From an uncultured archaeon (GTDB lineage: Archaea > Asgardarchaeota > Heimdallarchaeia > Heimdallarchaeales > Heimdallarchaeaceae), in contig CAZHRF010000049.1 of NCBI GenBank assembly GCA_964534625.1, positions 1 to 19,882 on the forward strand: 19,882 bases of DNA. The letters are read 5' to 3'. Shown here piece by piece: positions 17,409-19,882 of the stretch. How positions within the stretch are numbered: position 1 is the first letter of the stretch; each line of letters begins with the position of its first letter. The position numbers and the translations under genes were made by a program. The notes under the pieces were generated by a model, which was not told the DNA's origin, ran no database searches, and saw nothing but the letters and a program-made list of their open reading frames with translations.

Positions 17409-18671
17409 CTATTTATTAGTTGATGACGGGTACACAATATCAAGAATCTGAGCTTTCTGCGAAGGAATAGCTGTAAAACGCAGCATTTGACTAGTTATCC
17501 ATTCAAATCCAAATTTATATTCTATTATTTCCCATATTTTAATTGCTATAGCCCAAAAGATAACTATGAATGTTGAAAAGATAAAGCATAGCCCCATATT
17601 CATGTACCATTCAACTATAAATAGAGAGAATAGAATACGAAATACTTCAACAATGACAGGTTCTAACATTAACAGACTTAGCGTCACACTTCCAAATCTT
17701 CGAATAGGACGAGTAAATCTAGCTCTTTGCGCTTTTTTCTTAACATTTGTTAGATCAAAAACTTTTATCATACCTAATAGCAGTAATATAAAAATCCCTA
17801 ATTGAAATAATTCAAAAGAAAACTCTTGAAGATCAACAATTCTTTGAAGCATCGTATCTTCTAGAGTTATATAGCCAATCAACCCTAAAATGAACCATAG
17901 TCCAGCCAAACTTGTAATATATTTCCCTATTTTCTGTAATTCATTTCGTTGGTAAGCGATACCTATTAAAAGACCAAATAGACTAAAGCCCCAATAAGGC
18001 AATATCGGATAATACTGATTTACTAAATACCCCAATAATATTGATATCATTACTTTATTGTCAATTATGGCTTGTTTTACTATAGGGTATAAAGGAATTC
18101 TTAGTAAGCCTAAGAATGTTACTAATGTTGCTAAAGAGGCTATAATTATATATTTCTTAGTAAAATTTTCTTCATCATTTTTTTTATGTCTAAATAAGAA
18201 AAATAGCACCAAACCATTAAGGATAATGCACCATCCTATCATGATTAATGTTGAAGCATGAGCAATTCTATTGAGAGATGGCCAAACAACTTCACCAGTT
18301 CTTATCAATCCAGGTATCAAACTCATTCTAAAAAAACCAGCTTCTCGATCTAATAGACCAGGAGCAAGAAATGGAAAATAGACATAATGAAGAAGGAGAA
18401 AAAAACCTCCATAGGCTATTGAACGTAAGAACAATTTACTAACAGGTTGTCCAGATTCTATTCTGCGTAGATTGGCTATACCATGCGAGGCACCCGAAAT
18501 AATAGCAAATAGACCTCCCCAGCCTAACAAGAAACCAATGATTGTGATAATAAGAGAAGGATTTTCAATCGCCTCCATAATTTTTCCATAATTAAATACT
18601 AGAGCGTGAATAAATAATACACCAATTATGCCTAATCCTCTTAGAATATCAATAGCATGACATCTTTTCAT
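17409..18671 (-). CDS. Polytopic membrane acyltransferase-like protein (DUF1624/HGSNAT-like)
   Basis: N-terminal R..AIDILRG.......FIH motif, YPILPYWGF..FG motif and about 10 hydrophobic segments. Confidence 0.75.
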   Translation of the reverse strand: MKRCHAIDILRGLGIIGVLFIHALVFNYGKIMEAIENPSLIITIIGFLLGWGGLFAIISGASHGIANLRRIESGQPVSKLFLRSIAYGGFFLLLHYVYFPFLAPGLLDREAGFFRMSLIPGLIRTGEVVWPSLNRIAHASTLIMIGWCIILNGLVLFFLFRHKKNDEENFTKKYIIIASLATLVTFLGLLRIPLYPIVKQAIIDNKVMISILLGYLVNQYYPILPYWGFSLFGLLIGIAYQRNELQKIGKYITSLAGLWFILGLIGYITLEDTMLQRIVDLQEFSFELFQLGIFILLLLGMIKVFDLTNVKKKAQRARFTRPIRRFGSVTLSLLMLEPVIVEVFRILFSLFIVEWYMNMGLCFIFSTFIVIFWAIAIKIWEIIEYKFGFEWITSQMLRFTAIPSQKAQILDIVYPSSTNK

Positions 18672-18694
18672 AGAAAGGAAAGATATAACTATTA

Positions 18695-18700
18695 TTTAAA
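18695..18700 (-). promoter_or_regulatory. Archaeal TATA box (probably leaderless mRNA)
   Basis: TTTAAA lies 23 nt upstream of ATG 18671, with no SD in between. Confidence 0.5.
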
Positions 18701-18782
18701 CTTAGAGTGGGAATATAACAAATAGGTGGACGAGATAAAACAATCACCTTATCACTATTTTTATCTATTTCAGAGAGGATTC

Positions 18783-19271
18783 TTACATGATCATATCTTC
18801 TTTGGATTTTTTTCCGCTATAATGCTCAATGTGTATTTTTCCTATCATTACTCTTTCTATAGCTTTTTCTGTTAGTTGGTCTTTAACCACTTTTTCTGGA
18901 ATATCTTCTAATTGTTCTATCATGGTTGTCAAGGCTCTTCTTTTTTCTTGAATATTTACTATAAATTCCACTTTACCTTTAAATTGGACAGTAGCGTAAA
19001 GGTGATTACAAGCCCCATGTTGATAACCATAATCTAGTAACGCTTGACCCCAAACTACGTTATTTTCTTTTAATATATCAATTTTCTTTCCTTCTTGAGC
19101 GCAATGAAAATAAATTACGTCAATAGAGGGATCATAACCATGACTCAAAGTAACCAGATAGGGCATATTTTTTAGACACATAGCTATAGTTATGTACTTG
19201 GTTTTTTGTAAAATCTGTTTAATTTCTTTAGTGTTTGTAATCTCCTTTTCTTTTCTTCGTATTCCTTTCAT
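18783..19271 (-). CDS. Pyridoxamine 5'-phosphate oxidase-like / NimA family flavin-binding protein
   Basis: IRRKEKEI..EIKQIL, PYLVTLSHGY, IYFHCAQEGKKIDILKEN, YATV.FKG and a terminal SGK. Confidence 0.9.
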   Translation of the reverse strand: MKGIRRKEKEITNTKEIKQILQKTKYITIAMCLKNMPYLVTLSHGYDPSIDVIYFHCAQEGKKIDILKENNVVWGQALLDYGYQHGACNHLYATVQFKGKVEFIVNIQEKRRALTTMIEQLEDIPEKVVKDQLTEKAIERVMIGKIHIEHYSGKKSKEDMIM

Positions 19272-19405
19272 GTGTTCATCATCTCTCTTGATGTAGTTAC
19301 TCCTTTATAAACTTCCTTCCTTGAGACGAGAAAGGAGAAGCAAAAAAGGGTGTGTGGGAAACAATCACCAAGGATGAAAATAAGTGAAAGATTACAAATT
19401 AGGCG

Positions 19406-19684
19406 TTAATCCATCAAATCATTTAATGACCCTAGAATTTTATCAAAAGCAGGTTCTTCATTTTTTATTGATTCTTGATATTCTTTTTCTAGTCCCTTTT
19501 CGTATGCTTCTTTTACTTCTGCTATCTTTTTGGGTAGTTCGAACATTATTTTTTTAATCTCCATGTCACTCACTAGTTTTTCAACTATGTCATTAAATGA
19601 TTCTTCTTCAATTTTTAATTCTTTGAGCCTCTGATATGTCTCTTCTCTCAAAGAAATAGTTTTCCATGTGGTCATTTTGCTCAT
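19406..19684 (-). CDS. Archaeal VapB-type (ribbon-helix-helix) antitoxin-like DNA-binding protein
   Basis: KTISLREETYQRLKELK..ESFNDIVEKLV matches the archaeal KTI.l.eeaY.rL..lK...SFSdvi.rl pattern. The C-terminus is acidic. Confidence 0.8.
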   Translation of the reverse strand: MSKMTTWKTISLREETYQRLKELKIEEESFNDIVEKLVSDMEIKKIMFELPKKIAEVKEAYEKGLEKEYQESIKNEEPAFDKILGSLNDLMD

Positions 19685-19827
19685 TCCTGTCTTTCATCTA
19701 TACTTCCTATCTTACCTAGAATCAATGTTACAATAAAAAAGTTATCTACAAAATATTATTAACTCTTTGGATAACACTATAAGTTAATAAGATGTATTTT
19801 ATTAAACATTCCAATGTGAAGTTTGAA

Positions 19828-19882
19828 CTACTCTACTCTACTCTACTCTACTCTACTCTACTCTACTCTACTCTACTCTACT
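19828..19882. repeat. Perfect pentanucleotide array (CTACT)11 running to the window end
   Basis: 55 nt, 11 exact copies, no mismatch. Confidence 0.98.

Noticed and set aside
1654-18261. Other short nested ORFs (1654, 5542, 6013, 6509, 6946, 8400, 9062, 14375, 15161, 17566, 18058)
   Set aside because: All lie antisense within well-supported genes.
18783-19271. Nitroimidazole resistance gene call
   Set aside because: Only fold-level similarity; most members of the family are not resistance determinants.
19268-19282. Micro-uORF MMNT* before the NimA-like gene (similarly MI* at 2861-2853)
   Set aside because: The upstream ATG is better explained as part of a degenerate SD (GAGATGAT versus GAGGTGAT).

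Overview
AT-rich window (roughly 30% GC by eye), probably archaeal. AGGTGA Shine-Dalgarno sites, TTTAWA boxes 23 nt before start codons and U-tract 3' ends point that way, and the gene mix suggests an Asgard/Heimdallarchaeia-like organism (inference). In order it holds: the 3' end of an unknown gene; a class I CPD photolyase; a 15-bp tandem repeat; a divergent alpha/beta hydrolase and DegV pair; and two membrane-anchored surface proteins. A long minus-strand run follows (ABC ATPase, 12-codon mini-ORF, FtsX/MacB-type permease, APH(3')-like kinase, M20 peptidase, two paralogous CrtI/RetSat-type FAD oxidoreductases). Next come a scar-like intergenic region with an IS200/IS605-type hairpin, an MntA-HepT toxin-antitoxin pair, a DUF1624 membrane acyltransferase, a NimA-like protein and an orphan VapB-type antitoxin. 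The window ends with a long imperfect hairpin and a perfect (CTACT)11 array running off the end. The best novelty candidates are the M20 plus twin-oxidoreductase operon, the APH-like kinase and DegV with altered ligand-binding residues, and the terminal hairpin plus repeat. I saw no rRNA, tRNA, CRISPR array or intact transposase.
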